This document shows positions 41,540 through 55,963 of a DNA stretch of 64,000 nt, in pieces. Both the position numbers and the translations under genes were made by a program. Origin of the DNA: Octopus vulgaris (Eukaryota); assembly GCA_951406725.2 (NCBI GenBank), contig OX597826.1, positions 3,348,001 through 3,412,000 on the forward strand, written 5' to 3'. The notes beneath the pieces are model-generated. The model made no database searches, was not told where the DNA came from, and saw only the letters and a list, made by a program, of their open reading frames with translations. How positions within the stretch are numbered: the first letter of the stretch is position 1; each line of letters begins with the position of its first letter.

Positions 41540-42302
41540 TAATGAGGGTAGAAATTAATACTTCTAAACAATATTAATTTAAAACATAGCCAGCATAATT
41601 AAAAACTGTCCGAAGACTATAAATTATATTTCAATATATAATCAAGTGAAAGAACCACCAGTTGGCTACATAATATGCTAGAAATAGACACCAACTCACC
41701 TTACCCCGAAGAATATTTTCTCAAAATTAGCATACGGTAGATGTTTGGGAGCAAGATAAATGAAGGGAAACACAAGGAAAGAGTTAATCTCATACCTTAA
41801 ATTTTCGCAATTAATAATTAAATAAGTAATTATCTACAGTTCATCAGTGAGATCGCCGCAGACACATAAACAATAAAAATAGATACTAATCGCGTCTTTG
41901 ATAGGGCACGTGCGTATAGAGTTCTACAATCATGCATTTAAATATCCATGCAAATGCCTTCATACTAGCACGCCAAACCCGAAAAAACTCTGTAGAACAA
42001 TAAATCACCGCAGCGAATCCACTGACTCGAGAACAGGACTAATTAAAATTAAAATAACGAAGGTAGAAATTAATATTATTAAATAATATTAAATAAGAAA
42101 AAGAAGAACCACCAGGCGGTTTCCTAATATGCTAGAAATAGACACCAAATCGTCTTACCACAAAGAATGTGTTCTCAAAATTAACATGAGAACAAGACAC
42201 ATGAAAAGAAACAAAAGAAAGCAGTTTTGAGAATATATTCTTCGTGGTAAAACGATTTGTTGTCTATTTCTGGCATATTATGAAGTCACCTGGTGGTTCT
42301 TC

Positions 42303-42305
<3 letters not shown>
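41540..42305. mobile_element. Element with direct plus inverted partial repeats (Penelope-like pLTR arrangement)
   Basis: Unit gaaccaccag...taatatgctagaaatagacaccaa...ttctcaaaatt at about 41650-41730 and 42105-42183, with an inverted copy at about 42225-42302. Confidence 0.6.
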
Positions 42306-42396
<91 letters not shown>

Positions 42397-43719
42397 GTAT
42401 GTATTATGTATGTGTGTGAGTAGCTTCGATCTGTACGGACCATAGCTCTGTAAGTTCCTGTTGCTCCCTCTTGCTATAAACCTTACGTATATATATATAT
42501 ATATATATCGGTTGTGAGTAACACAGTATTCGAGCTAGGCAATATTATTTTAATGAATTCCTTAATTCGTATACATCATGACGTCTATTTGAAAATACTA
42601 GTGTTCTGCTTCCCAAAATTTCAGGGCCACTCTTTTCTGTAGATGGAAAATACACGTATCTATCTTTAATATTTTTTCTTTTACTGATAATCATCACAAC
42701 AACTACTTTCTCCATCTCGCACATACATTAGCCTTGATTATTTCTCATCCATTTTTGCTTATAATATACATATTATTTTCCTCTTTGCTCACAGCCGTTT
42801 CCTTTACGAAATATATAAATGCCGGAGAATACAATATATACATTTATTACACTATTTCCTACAGGAAACGTATGTATATCTTTCTGAATTAAGAATCTAA
42901 ATTTGCGTATCCCTTAAGCAGATAACGCGTAGTAAGTGAGTATAGAATAAACTAAAAACAAAATATAACTATTTTATGTTTCATCTTTGCCTGTTCATTT
43001 TCACTTAAACCGTTATTCATTCTCATACTTCAGGCCCTATCATCTTATCTTTCTCTGATCTATCCATACACCTCCCGACGTCGCCTGCAGCACGTTCCTT
43101 CTCCAAATGTATAAGCAACGGCATACAAAGCACCGTACATATTTTTACACCAAGTCCTTACATGATATTTCTACTCTATGCTTCTGAATTCAAAATTCGA
43201 AGTTGCATATGCATTAAGCTGAAAACTCGCAACAAGCCAAACTAATTATTATCACACACCCTTTCTCGGAAGCATAAAATATGTTCCACAACATTAAAAA
43301 GTACAAAACTTCAACATGGAAAGTATAAGCGAAGGAGAAGTAGTTCAGCAGCTTGGCATTTATTCTATTTGATATTTTACATCGTTCCTTCTTACTATAT
43401 ATATATATATTTTTTTTATGGATATGCTTTACATAGCGGTAAGTACAGAACATACGAGAAATATTGTTAACAGATACGAATATGATATCACTTAAATAAT
43501 AAAATTAGAATATCGAATTGGAAATGACAAGAACATCGAACTAATGTAATTTTCACTGAGCAAATGAAAATAAAGGAAAATAACCAAAAGAAAGACGATG
43601 ATAGAATTATATGTCAGACTAACTTAAGTGAGACACCAAGCAGGATGATATTTGGAGGAGTAAATCAAATAATGCACGTTAACAACGTAAGAGCTTTCTG
43701 TCAATTACTAATTGGTGAT

Positions 43720-43802
43720 ATATATGTACGTATGTATGTATGTATGTATGTATGTATGTATGTATGTATGTATGTATGTATGTATGTATGTATGTATGTA
43801 TG

Positions 43803-43833
<31 letters not shown>

Positions 43834-44431
43834 ATGTATGTATGTATGTATGTATATATGTACGTATGTATGTATGTATGTGTGTATGTATGTATGTATG
43901 TATGTATGTACGTACGTATGTATGTATGTATGTATGTATGTATGTATGCATGTATGTATGTATGTTTGTATGTATGTATGTATGTATGTATGTATGTATG
44001 TATGCATGTATGTATGCATGTATGTATGTATGTTTGTATGTATGTACATATATACATACGTCTGTATATATATATATATATATATACTTACATATACATA
44101 TTCATTTATAGATATATAATATATATAGATATATATATATATATATACATACGTACACATATATATATGTATGTGTATATGTGATTCTATGAATACATAT
44201 ACGTGTGTATGTATGTTTGCATATCTGTATGTGTGTATAAAATCAATCACGTGTGCGCATATTTTGCGCACACACTCGTACACACACACACACTCATATA
44301 TATATATATCATGTATATGTATATGTATGTAATATATGTATATATATATATTTGTATATATATCTATGTATATATATATATATCATATATATATATCAAT
44401 GTATCTACAAGTGTATAGCGATAAATATACT

Positions 44432-44487
<56 letters not shown>

Positions 44488-44560
44488 TGTGTATGTCTAT
44501 TTATATATGTATGTTTGTATATACATAAACATATGCATATAATGCATACATGTGAACCTT
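43720..44560. repeat. Long (TATG)n plus (TA)n/(TG)n microsatellite
   Basis: Directly visible. Confidence 0.95.
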
Positions 44561-44808
44561 AATTCACACACGTTCACACTCTCATACAAAGGTACATAAG
44601 TAGTGAGAGATAGCGAGGGAGGGAAGGAAGGAGAGAAAGACAAAGAGAAGAGGAGCGAGGACATAATTGCTTATGATATGGATGTGAATGTAATACATGG
44701 ATACGTCTATATATATAAATGAATATATACACACAAAAATATAGAGAGAGAGCAATGGATAGACGGATGAACAGATAGATAGATAGGTAGGTAGATAGAT
44801 AGATAAAT

Positions 44809-44851
<43 letters not shown>

Positions 44852-44860
44852 TAGATATAG

Positions 44861-44935
<75 letters not shown>

Positions 44936-45179
44936 ATGAGACAGAGAGAAAACGATAGTTATAGAGGGATATGTTGATAGATAGATTAATAACTGAAAAG
45001 ATCTATGTATAAAAAAAATAATATATGAGCAGCTTTGAATAAATTTCCGTAAGCGCATGCGCGTTAATTTGCTTTCTGCCTATATTGTGTGCGCATACAC
45101 ACACACACAAATATATAAATTTATATGCATATGTATATATACCCACACACGTGTATATATATTACCTATATAGATATAA

Positions 45180-45214
<35 letters not shown>

Positions 45215-45215
45215 C

Positions 45216-45272
<57 letters not shown>

Positions 45273-45989
45273 CATATATATAAATAATATATATATATAT
45301 TCATACTTATATATATATTATATATATATATATATATATATTATTTACATATGTATACATACATAACTACATATACATGCATAGAGAAGTATATACGAAT
45401 GCACGCATGCATAAGTACATATATATGTGTTTGTGTGTGTATTTATATATATGCATGTATGTGTGTATATATATATATGTGTGTGTGTGTGTGTATGTGT
45501 GTGTGTATGTATGTATACATATTTCTTGTATTCATATATGTGCAGTTGCGAGTGTCATTATTTGAATAGTGAGTGAAAGAGAGATGAAAAGAGAACCTGA
45601 AGGACATAGAAAATGAAGGCCAGATTAAGATAATGCAAAGCGAAACTTATATTTCATATGCCGACAAACAAATCGTGTATTTTCGTCTACACGCAAATTG
45701 CAGTCGATGAAGACTCGTTTAAAGCATTCATCATTCACTGGCTATGTCATTGCTCGTAATCTGATATTACACATTTCTCGCTGTTATTATCTTTGATGAA
45801 ATAATATCGCTCTATTTGTGATATGTTTTCCGCTTCTTTTAATGGAGATTCCATTGGCATCTGTGCAACGCTTGTAATTATTCGGACAATTAAACTCATC
45901 TCTGACGATGAAACAGTTTCCACTGTTTTCATCTATTTTATGTTTTCTATCAGCCTGATCTCTAACCGACATTAAGTTTATCATTTCTG

Positions 45990-46044
<55 letters not shown>

Positions 46045-46048
<4 letters not shown>

Positions 46049-46280
46049 TGGAGTAAGCGCATAAATCTGAAACAAGGTGGAAACAAGAGTACTCAAATAC
46101 CAGAAGTAGAGTAATATGCTTTATTTAAAAGCAGCAGAAATATAACAAAAGCTGTTACTCAGAGTTTCACGTTGCCGTTCGTCGGATTGTTTTTTTTTAA
46201 CAAAACTGTCCGACGAACGGGAACGTGAAACTCTGAGTAACATCTTTTGTTATATTTCTGCAGCTTGTAAATATAGTATA
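46045..46280. mobile_element. Fold-back Penelope-like element with CCGACGA hammerhead variant in both arms
   Basis: Arms at about 46136-46186 and 46209-46259. ctgt-ccgacga-acg-ggaa-cgt-GAAA-ctctgag-UA-aca at 46206-46242. Confidence 0.7.
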
Positions 46281-49200
46281 TATATATATATATGGTTAAA
46301 GTGAGCATGTATAAAAATACGTAATCTCATGGTGATCGTAGTGATATCTGAAGAAATCCTAATTTAGAAATTTAGTTTGAAAAATAAGGTCAGTTTTAAC
46401 TTTCTAAACACCTCATTACACTCCTTTAAGCAGATGAATATAATTTACAGTCTCATATCTCAAGTAATATATTAAATTCCGCTTGGACATATTTGCATTT
46501 GGCAGACGCCATATCTGCCTAAGCAGAAAATCCAGGTATTGTACACTCACACGATTAAAATATGCACTAATAAGTATTAGCCAGACTTCGCTCCGTTGAT
46601 GAGGCCAAATAATAATGAAACTGATTCTAAATTGTCACCCTTGATAATGAAGCGCCTAGTCGTTTGGCACTATTTGCTCCGGTTTATATATTCAGTTTAT
46701 ATATTCCGGTTTATATATTCAGATTTTCGTAGCTATTTTCCTTGATCTTAACAGGAATAATCTCATATCATTACTGTTTATTACGAATGTAATTAGAACT
46801 GATAAAATATTTTTTTTTTGGACTTCATTAGATATGGTGTATAATAAATAACTAAATTCATGAAAATATTACCCTAGTCATTGTGTGTATTCTTTATTGT
46901 TTCCGCCATGGATATTTTGTCGCTCGGTAGTATACTTGGCAAACAGAACGAAGATTATGCTACGATATAAAGCTTCAATAATAACGAAAAATGTTCGATT
47001 TTATTCCCCACCTTGCAAAGAATCACTTATATTTCCGACAGTATTTTATCTCATTCATTTTGATTTTATCTCACTTATTTTCCATGTTTTTCAGAAGAAT
47101 TATTGCCGTTAGTATTTTATTTATTCCTACGCTAGGAGGATACTTCTGGTTGATAAATTATTTTAGGTTCATTCCAAAATGCATGCTACCCCCACAAGTA
47201 ATAGTACTTAATACTTACGTTAATATATAACAGCTATTTTCTTAAGAAATCTTAGCAGGATCATTCTTAATATGTTTGTTATTTAACATTCATTCAAATT
47301 TAACTGAGCAGAACAATGGCCAACGGAATTCCATCCCTGTTCATTCTGCTCTATTCCGATGTGTCTTAAATATATGTTATTCTGCACGATCTTCTTAAAT
47401 ATATGTTATTAAGCATATTGGCCCCGATCAAGTGTCACTTCTTGTACTGCAACAGGCATTGAAAGTTCCCTTGCAAATCCACACTATATTAATAAAGTGT
47501 ATTTGAATGCTTCTTTATATTAGAGAAGGCTGTACATTCAGTAGTCGCATAGCTTGAACATATTGCTTCAAACCAATCATATCGAGGAAATATCTAAATA
47601 ACCCTCCCTCAATATTTCAGGAACTACAAACATCCTCCATGCACAGACTAGATATATTACATCAATCATGTAATGAAGAGGCATTGTGAAGGTGCCATGG
47701 ATTCTCTTTTTATGTCACAAACACAAAATCCTTACATATTTGAGAAATTAAACACCCGAAATTCACCATCATTTGTGATACGATTGTAACCTTCATGTTA
47801 GCGGTAATATTAGTAAATACTTTCCGTTCACTCGATACTTATCACATATCCTAAGCAGTACGAAGGCCTTCCTCTTCAGGACGAAGTTTACTGGAACTGT
47901 ATCTACTCCGATAATGAAATAGTATATTACACGTAGAATTTATTTGTTTTAACTATAATTAAACATAAAGGAAGATCATTTGTGTTTCAAAACAACAGTG
48001 GGGTATAATACTTTCTACATATGTTGCTTTTTCCTTATAGAATAGTAATATGCGTAATTTCTTAAATAAGTCTCACAACTTCAGATTGTATATCATTACG
48101 TAAATGAAATAAGTTAATTTTGCACCTTCTTCAAAGAGTGTATGGAATATAAAACATTTTGAAATTAATATGGTTCCAAACGGAAACCAATTTGGAAATT
48201 TAGTTTACTTAGATTTTACCGTAAGTAAATGACGAAGATGAGGCATGCGCAAATATATTCACGAAGTTTGAGCAGGTGTGAATGGTGTTTTTGTAAGCTA
48301 AACATTCCCCTAGATAATTAACATTCACAGAGAAGCAATCCCAAGTAAATTTTGAGATTAACTAGGGGATTATTGAAAATTAGTCACAACTCTCGTGAGA
48401 ATTAGTTACTTAAAACAGAACACATCTTCCATATATAGAAGATTATGGCGAATAATAGTCATAATAATTATGACGATGATCACTTATGGGATGTCCTTAG
48501 TTCAAACGAACTTAGAGTGTAAAATATATTTAGAAGGGTAAATCAAAGATGAAGGACAACTGTAAAAATCGCAAATCAGTGTATCATACGCGTTTACTCT
48601 AGCAATGCCCCGCCCAGCATTGAAAATATCAAGCTATTAAATAGCTATAATTAAACTATATTTATAACCGACATTATTCTTCAATTCCAATTCGTCAAAA
48701 TAAAATTTCATTGCAAGACAGTGAGCTGATGCCCGCAAAAATACAACGGCAATATTGTGGCGAAGAACGAAACATTTGTTAATTAACAAAACCGCACTGG
48801 CTTAAAAAAAACCATGTTTATCTCTAGCTTGATCACAATAATTAGTTTAATTGTATGCTTCACATCCTTAGGTGCCTCTCATGTGATAGCTTGCAAAATC
48901 TTGTTCAGTGATTGTAAGTTACGACGCACAGAAATTTACTCTCGTTCTACAAATATTTCGAATGCAATATGTATTGTAAGGTAGCCTTCTGACCATACTT
49001 GTAAATATTTCTACAGTGGATTTAGTGATCTTTCTTTTATACTACTCCAGTGTATATGCGCTATATTTCTAAACTAGCAGCCATCATAAATTCAAGCCAT
49101 TGTTTCATATTCGACTATCTTAAGATCTTACTCTATCAACACTACAGTGAAGTATTTCCATCTGATATAAGTATGGAATTTCTTCAAAGGAAATGTTCAT

Positions 49201-49403
49201 GCTTTATATACGAATGTGTGAGAACTGCTTTCTAAGCGAAAAACCCCAATGATCGTTTTGCTTCTCTTGTTCTACACAGTGAGTGTAACAAATAACTGGG
49301 TACAGAAGAAATGTACCACACAACGATATGCAAAGAATAAAAATAGAATCAAAGACAATAACCATACCATCCTTGAACAAAATGATACCAGTTGAAGCTT
49401 AGT

Positions 49404-49573
49404 TCTTATAACAAATACAACTTTGCACAATGTATCTTCTTAGTACCAGCGTATGAGAATTTAATATGGTGCTATACATTATACACAATGCATTGGTAGT
49501 AACACTCGTGAACATCCTCATAGTAAGTGGTATCGATATGTTCTATTCGAAAGAAAAGGCCACACTTAGTCTT
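49404..49573. repeat. Copy 1 of a diverged local duplication of about 170 bp (copy 2 at 50875-51047)
   Basis: Shared ttcttataacaaa..tgcacaatgtatctt..gaatttaatatggt..taacactcgtgaacatcct..gtggtatcgatatgttctatt. Confidence 0.9.
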
Positions 49574-50009
49574 CGAGTGTGAAAGTGCAGGCATTAGATA
49601 TTCTCTGCAGAGCAACGTGAACTAAAATAGGTACTTCTACAATATCTTAAAAACTAATAAAAAGTAATAATAACAAAGCAGCATGTCTAGATATTATATT
49701 TCGAGTTCATATGTCGTGTAGGAGAGAAAATAAAACACCTGAGATTTTAGTTTGTGAGTTCTTACTTCTTAATGATAAATATATACAGAAGCAGACAAGA
49801 AGGAAATATCATACTTCTGTATTAGCAGAAATGGAGATGATCTTTTATATCCTTTCACATAAAGCTTTTAAAAGATGTGTGGTATCGCAACGTCTGTCAA
49901 ATTTTCAACGTCAAGTACGAGATAACACTGCAGACCACATTATTACATCACATGCAAGTCCGGGCGATCATACCACAATACACTGCAAGAGAATTTTTCA
50001 GAGTCATTA

Positions 50010-50070
<61 letters not shown>

Positions 50071-50247
50071 CTCACATGTATGGCCCACGCTAAAAAGTTT
50101 TCACGCACATGGAAGCCATGCACGTTCTTCAGGCGGCAGCCGTGCCATAGGATTTAAGCCGTTTAAATATTCTTTTTGTTGAACCTGGACTTACGGACCT
50201 ATTCATGATATATATATATGTATATATATGTATATATATAATGAATA

Positions 50248-50620
50248 GGCGTAGGAGTGGTTGTGTTGTAGTGTAGATTGTTTACTAACCACATGGTTCC
50301 GGGTTCAGTCCCACTGCTAGGTACCTTAAGCAACTGTCTTCTACTAATAGCTTCGGCCCGACCAAACTGAAAGAAGCCTGCCGTGTATATGTATATATAT
50401 GTTTGTGTATGTATATGTTTGTGTGTCTGTTTTTGGCACCCCAACATCGCTTGACAACCGATGCTGGTGTGTTTACGTCACCGTAACTTAGCAGTTCGGC
50501 AAAGGAGACCGATAGAATAAGTACTAGGCTTACAAAGAATAATCCCTGAGGTCGACTACAGGCGGTGCTCTAGCATGGTCACAGCCAAATGAGTGAAACA
50601 AGTAAAAGAGTAAAAGAAAG
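50248..50620 (+). mobile_element. SINE family A, near full length with small deletions
   Basis: Aligns to 51862-52285. Confidence 0.9.
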
Positions 50621-50650
50621 AGAGATCTAAGCGAGCGCGTACGTACGCAT

Positions 50651-50683
<33 letters not shown>

Positions 50684-50874
50684 TGCACACATGCACACAG
50701 ATGTCAATGCATTGGACATAGTCACATGTTTGTAACCCCTATGCATAATGTATTCATTGCATGAATAAAATGTCGCTATGAAAGTACAAGTTTATTAAAT
50801 CTAAGTTAAACGAAATGACAAACATCTTCGTCATCATTATTTGTCAATCATAGCAAGAATGATTTTATGTAGAA

Positions 50875-51047
50875 TTCTTATAACAAACTCAACATTGCAC
50901 AATGTATCTTTTTAGTACCAACATATGTGAATTTAATATGGTACTATATACATTATGCAAAATCCATCGATATTAACACTCGTGAACATCCTGATATTAT
51001 GTGGTATCGATATGTTCTATTACAGGAGAAAGACCAAAATTGGTCTT
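50875..51047. repeat. Copy 2 of the diverged local duplication
   Basis: See 49404-49573. Confidence 0.9.
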
Positions 51048-51200
51048 TGGCATGATGTTTTGTGGAACGGGACAACGTGAATTGCATCGATTCCATTGCT
51101 GGAGTGGTACTTAATTTATCGATTCGAAGAACTCAATGCGCGAAACCGGAAAAAATTATGCTAGTCTTTTTTGTTGAACGTGATAACGATTCTGCTGGGC

Positions 51201-51294
<94 letters not shown>

Positions 51295-51370
51295 TGATGA
51301 TGATGATGATGATGATAATAATAATAATAATAATAATAATAATAGTAATAATAATAATAATAATAATAAC

Positions 51371-51404
<34 letters not shown>

Positions 51405-51861
51405 CTATTGAATAGAAAGAATATAAATTACTAACCTTTTCTTTGTGTATTTAAAATCCAATCATTCCAGGTGATACGATATTATGCTTCGGGGCAGCTC
51501 TTCAATATAATGTTCCGAGGATAATTATAAAATTCAGTTTTTCTGTTGCGAAAAAAATTATCTTTTGATATTTCTCGCTTTTATTTTTGTGTTTATTTTA
51601 TTTTAATTCAGCCTATATACAGATTTTTCTTCTTCATCATTTGCGATATTTTTTTTTTACTAATTGCAATCTCATGTATAATGCTATTACGTTTCTCAGG
51701 TTCACTTATAACCTTTTCTAGCGAATCCTTGTATGACTTGTCTGAAGAGGCGTTTTCATGCTATATTTTTTTACATATATATTACAACTGAGCAGCATAA
51801 ACGACGACAAATGATTTCTCAAATCTGGTATATTTCTTTTGCGCAAAAGCTTCCAACTTTA

Positions 51862-52285
51862 GGCGCAGGAGTGGCTGTGTGGTAAATAGCTTGCTTACCA
51901 ACCACATAGTTCCGGGTTCATTCCCACTGCGAGGCACCTTGGGCAAGTATCTTCTACTATAGCCTCGGGCCGACCAAAGCCTCGTGAGTGGATTTGGTAG
52001 ACGGAAACTGAAAGAAGCCCGTCGTATATATGTATATGTATATATATGTGTGTATATGTTTGCGTGTCTGTGTTTGTCCCTTCCCCCCCCCAACATCGCT
52101 TGACAACCGATGCTGGTGTGTTTACGTCTCCGTAACCTAGCGGTTCGGCAAAAGAGACCGATACAATTAGTACTAGAGACCGATAGAATAAGTTCTGGGG
52201 TCGATTTTCTCGACTAAAAGGCGGTACTCCAGCATGGCCGCAGTTAAATGACTGAAACAAGTAAAAGAGAGAATAAAAGAATAAA
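51862..52285 (+). mobile_element. SINE family A, full length
   Basis: Complete from head ggcgcaggagtggctgtgtgg to the gtaaaagag tail. Confidence 0.92.
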
Positions 52286-52831
52286 ACTAGCTTCAGAATG
52301 ATTTAACTTTTTCTACGTTGATTAAATTGGCAACGTTTTTTCGCTGAAGAAATGAAATAAATGTTCGCCGCTGTTTAGAACTTCGTCTTTTGTAACTTCT
52401 AACAAATCCTACTCTTCTTTTTGCGAATCCTCATTCGGGGTTATTCCAACAGTAAGTCATGTTTTCTCACTTTCTTAATGTCTCTGTGGAACTCTGCCTT
52501 CAACTAATTGCATATCTTGCCTTGCGCTGCATGTTTCCTTTCAAATTCAACGCAAATTAGTGTTAGTTCTATTACATCATTTTTAGTACTTATTCACTCT
52601 CTGAAATTCAGGAGTTTACAGACCCTTGCAATCTATACACTCACTCCTCTCCACTTAAATTCTCTTTCGTGTTTAAAAGACTGGCATCTCATTTCGGATA
52701 ATGCAATCCATACATATGTAGTGTTTCCATCCATTTTTCTACCTAACACACCGGTTTCATATTTCATTTATTTCTCTAAAGCAGCACAACCGCAATCACA
52801 AACAGGTTCATATGTATGTATATAATGAATA

Positions 52832-52956
52832 GGCGTAGGAGAGGTTGTGTTGTAGTGTAGATTGTTTACCAACCACATGGTTCCGGGTTCAGTCCCACTG
52901 CTAGGCACCTTGAGCAATTGTCTTCTACTAATGAGTGGATTTGGTAGACGGAAACT
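52832..52956 (+). mobile_element. SINE family A, 5' part (duplicate of the 50248 copy)
   Basis: Shares private variants ttgtgttgtagtgtagattg and ccactgctagg, and the 5' flank tatataatgaata. Confidence 0.85.
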
Positions 52957-53261
52957 TGAATTAAATTCGAATTTGTCTGATTTCTTTGTAACGTTCTGAG
53001 TTGAATTCTTGACATTGTAAACACTACACTTTTTCCCCTTCGGGTGTTGAGGAAATAGGTACAAGTGAAGTCCCGGAGATGAAAGTATTGAATAAACAAC
53101 AATCCTCAAAATAGCTGCTCTTGTGCTTGAATTAGAATCAATTATTATTTTTTCTTCGAACATGAAAAACGTCAAATTTGCCGTTCGTACTCTTGTTTAA
53201 TAGCTTTTACCTACTCGACAATTGCGATTTTAGTTCTGCCTTGAAGGAAGCTTTACTTCTT

Positions 53262-53385
53262 GGACTGTTAACAGCACCTTATACGAGTGCTTTCAGTTTT
53301 CTTTCACGCACGGTTAAATTCTTCACTATAGATCTTAATGGTCGTAAAGACGCTATAACAGTGGATAGACTAAATTGGCCTTCAT
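53262..53385 (+). pseudogene. Gypsy-type LTR retrotransposon integrase C-terminal scrap
   Basis: LTAPYTSAFSFLSRTVKFFTIDLNGRKDAITVDRLN resembles the GPY/F module (PYxGPFxVLxRxxKxFxIxxNGxxxxVSIDRLK). Confidence 0.7.
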
Positions 53386-53481
53386 AGAGAAAACTGTCCC
53401 TGTTCCCACTCCAGAAGACACGCATACATCATTACAAACACGGCCCGCACACCCACATTCACATTCCATGACTATCATTGA

Positions 53482-53697
53482 GATCGATCAAGTACCGGAC
53501 AAGGATTCTGGATATTTCTGGTTTTTTTAAATTTAACTTTTGAGACCGGTTGGGCTCATTTTTAGTATTCTCGATTTTGAGAGCAGTCGAGTTTATTTCA
53601 GACATTCTCCTTTTAAAAAAATCATCTCCGGCTAATCGTTGAGGGACGTTGATGTTGCCTTGGTGGAGCTGCTTTGTGCTCTCTGAGTGCTCTTGTT
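53482..53697 (-). mobile_element. Helentron-associated non-autonomous element (HINE-like), partial
   Basis: Reverse-complement homologue of 58059-58265. Confidence 0.75.
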
Positions 53698-53840
53698 GTT
53701 GTTATTAATATTATTATTATTATTATTATTATTATTGTTATTATTATTATTATTAATATTATTATTATTATTATTATCATCATCATCATCATCATTATTA
53801 TTATTAGTATTATTTTATGTAAACAGACAAAAAGCTGGAA

Positions 53841-53880
<40 letters not shown>

Positions 53881-55473
53881 GATATTGTTATTTGATATTA
53901 TTATTATTATTATTATTATGGAAGTGCCCAATAAAATACCCTATGCGTCCAGCAAATAATCTACCCTGTTTTTCTACTTTTAACACCACCGGCTTTGTCA
54001 TTCATCTTGTTAGGGTCGAGAAATTGAGCTTCCTAATTGGGGCCATATGATATACTGATCCCGACCTGAATCGTCCGAGTATATTTGTTTAAGATAGCCA
54101 TTATTGGATTCCAAATTTCATAGTGCCGTGGCTAAAAACTATACCCACCATTTAGCTATGTTATTGAATATTCGCCATTATGGTATTTGTCTTTCCTATT
54201 TCCCAATCTAAATAAAATATGTACCAGTTACGTACCGAGGTTTAATTTAATCATCTTATTGTGTTAACGTTTTTTTATGTATCTTTAATATGTGTGAATG
54301 ATGCGGTGCGGCCTCTTTGTTATATCTTATATTTAATTAATTCTTTTCTTTCTATTCTATTATAAATTTTGTATATATTAAAAAAGAAAATATCTTAAAT
54401 TTTCATTCGAACTAATAAGGAAAAAGGTGTCTGAAAGCATAAATAAAACATAATTAAAACATGAAATTCTTTAATTTCATCTAACGCTTTGCTACTAGAA
54501 AGTGAAAGTGAACGTATAGTATAGACTAGCGTATCAGACATGAAATTAAATACCATTTGGAACTCTAATAAATAGGTTATTTGATCGATAAATCTTATTG
54601 ATTTCATTCGAAATTCAGCAATATTACCAAAGTTATATTGATTTTGATTTTCATCTGACATTTCACCTGCGCTCAATGTTATAATTTGGCGAAAGTTTCT
54701 AGTCAGTTCACTCTAACTCTGGCTAATTTCTTATTCTGACAAATTTGTCTCGATATTGAAATAAATATAGATTTTTCTATACATAATTATATGGACAGTG
54801 TCGGCGAGTGGTACAAAGTGGGATGTATTTTCCTAGAAGCCGAGATTACAAGGAAACAGTTTCGATGTCGTGTTGAAGTCGTTTCGCTTCATTTACGTTA
54901 ATAATAACCTCGGAAATTATATCAAATTAAAACTCTATCAATTTTTTTTGTCTTTAAATGTAAACATGTAAATTGAAAATGTTGCCGTTAATATTTTGTG
55001 GCAAGTTGTTGAAGGCTATAAAATAATGAGCATGATAACAGCCACCGTAGTCAGTGATGTACTTTCCGCCCTAGGTCGAAACTATTTCACTGAACTTGCG
55101 TAAATATGGCTCATAAGGAAATTAAGGCAACTATGATGACGATGATATTTATGTGTGTGTGTGTGTGTATTTGTGTGTGTTTGCGCCTGTATTTGTGTGT
55201 GTGTTTGTGTGTGCGTGGTGTGCATCAAAGGAGATAGGCACCCGAGTTAAGGGCTATATTTAGCAGTCTCTTTCTCCTCCATATTTACTATAACGTTGAT
55301 TTTTCTACAGCCTGTCAACAAAGTAGCATGTATTTCTGGTTTGCACTATAGAGATTTAAACATACCTAGACATACAATACTATAATTTTCTGTCAACAAA
55401 GCAATGCCAATGGTTTTAGAGACTGAAACTTCAGATTATATCAGTAACAGTACTTCCTTCTTTTTTTTTCTTC

Positions 55474-55692
55474 TCGAGCCATGCCTGGCTCATAAGGGCC
55501 GGTTTCCCGGTTTCTTGGTGTATAGGTTCCCCACCTGGACGGGACGCCGGTCCATCGCAGGTGAGCTGCAAGATGCAGGAGGAAAGAGTGAGAGAAAGTT
55601 GTGGCGAAAGAGTCAGCAGAAGTTTCGCAATTACCTTCTGCCGGAGCCGCGTGGAGCTTAGGTGTTTCGCTCATAAACACACACATCGTCCG
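55474..55692 (-). mobile_element. SINE family D' (D core with a different, MetaSINE/V-like 3' region)
   Basis: On minus: gagcgaaacacctaagctccacgcggctccggcag..ctctttcgccac shared with 8316-8610, then cctgcgatggaccggcgtcccgtccagg..gaaaccgggaaaccggccc. Confidence 0.75.
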
Positions 55693-55963
55693 TTCTGACA
55701 TTAACAGTACTTCAGAGGTGGTCAAATTCTCACATTTGCAAAGAAGTCAACTTTAGAGTTTTACATCCATTCGACTTAAAGAAATGCAAATAGGGTCGGC
55801 AAAGCATTTTCTCTAAATAATTTCACGATTTTGTCATTGGCTTGTTTTCATATTTAATGATAATGATACAAGCAATTGCTACATTACAACATGTATATAA
55901 GTTGAATTTAGTTTTTGGTATAACGCAACTAATCAAATTTTTACTGAAGAATAAGACATTTTT

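Noticed and set aside
46678-46722. Short tandem repeat (gtttatatattc units); also tcttaaatatatgttatt twice at about 47365-47410
   Set aside because: Ordinary slippage duplications with no spacer structure.
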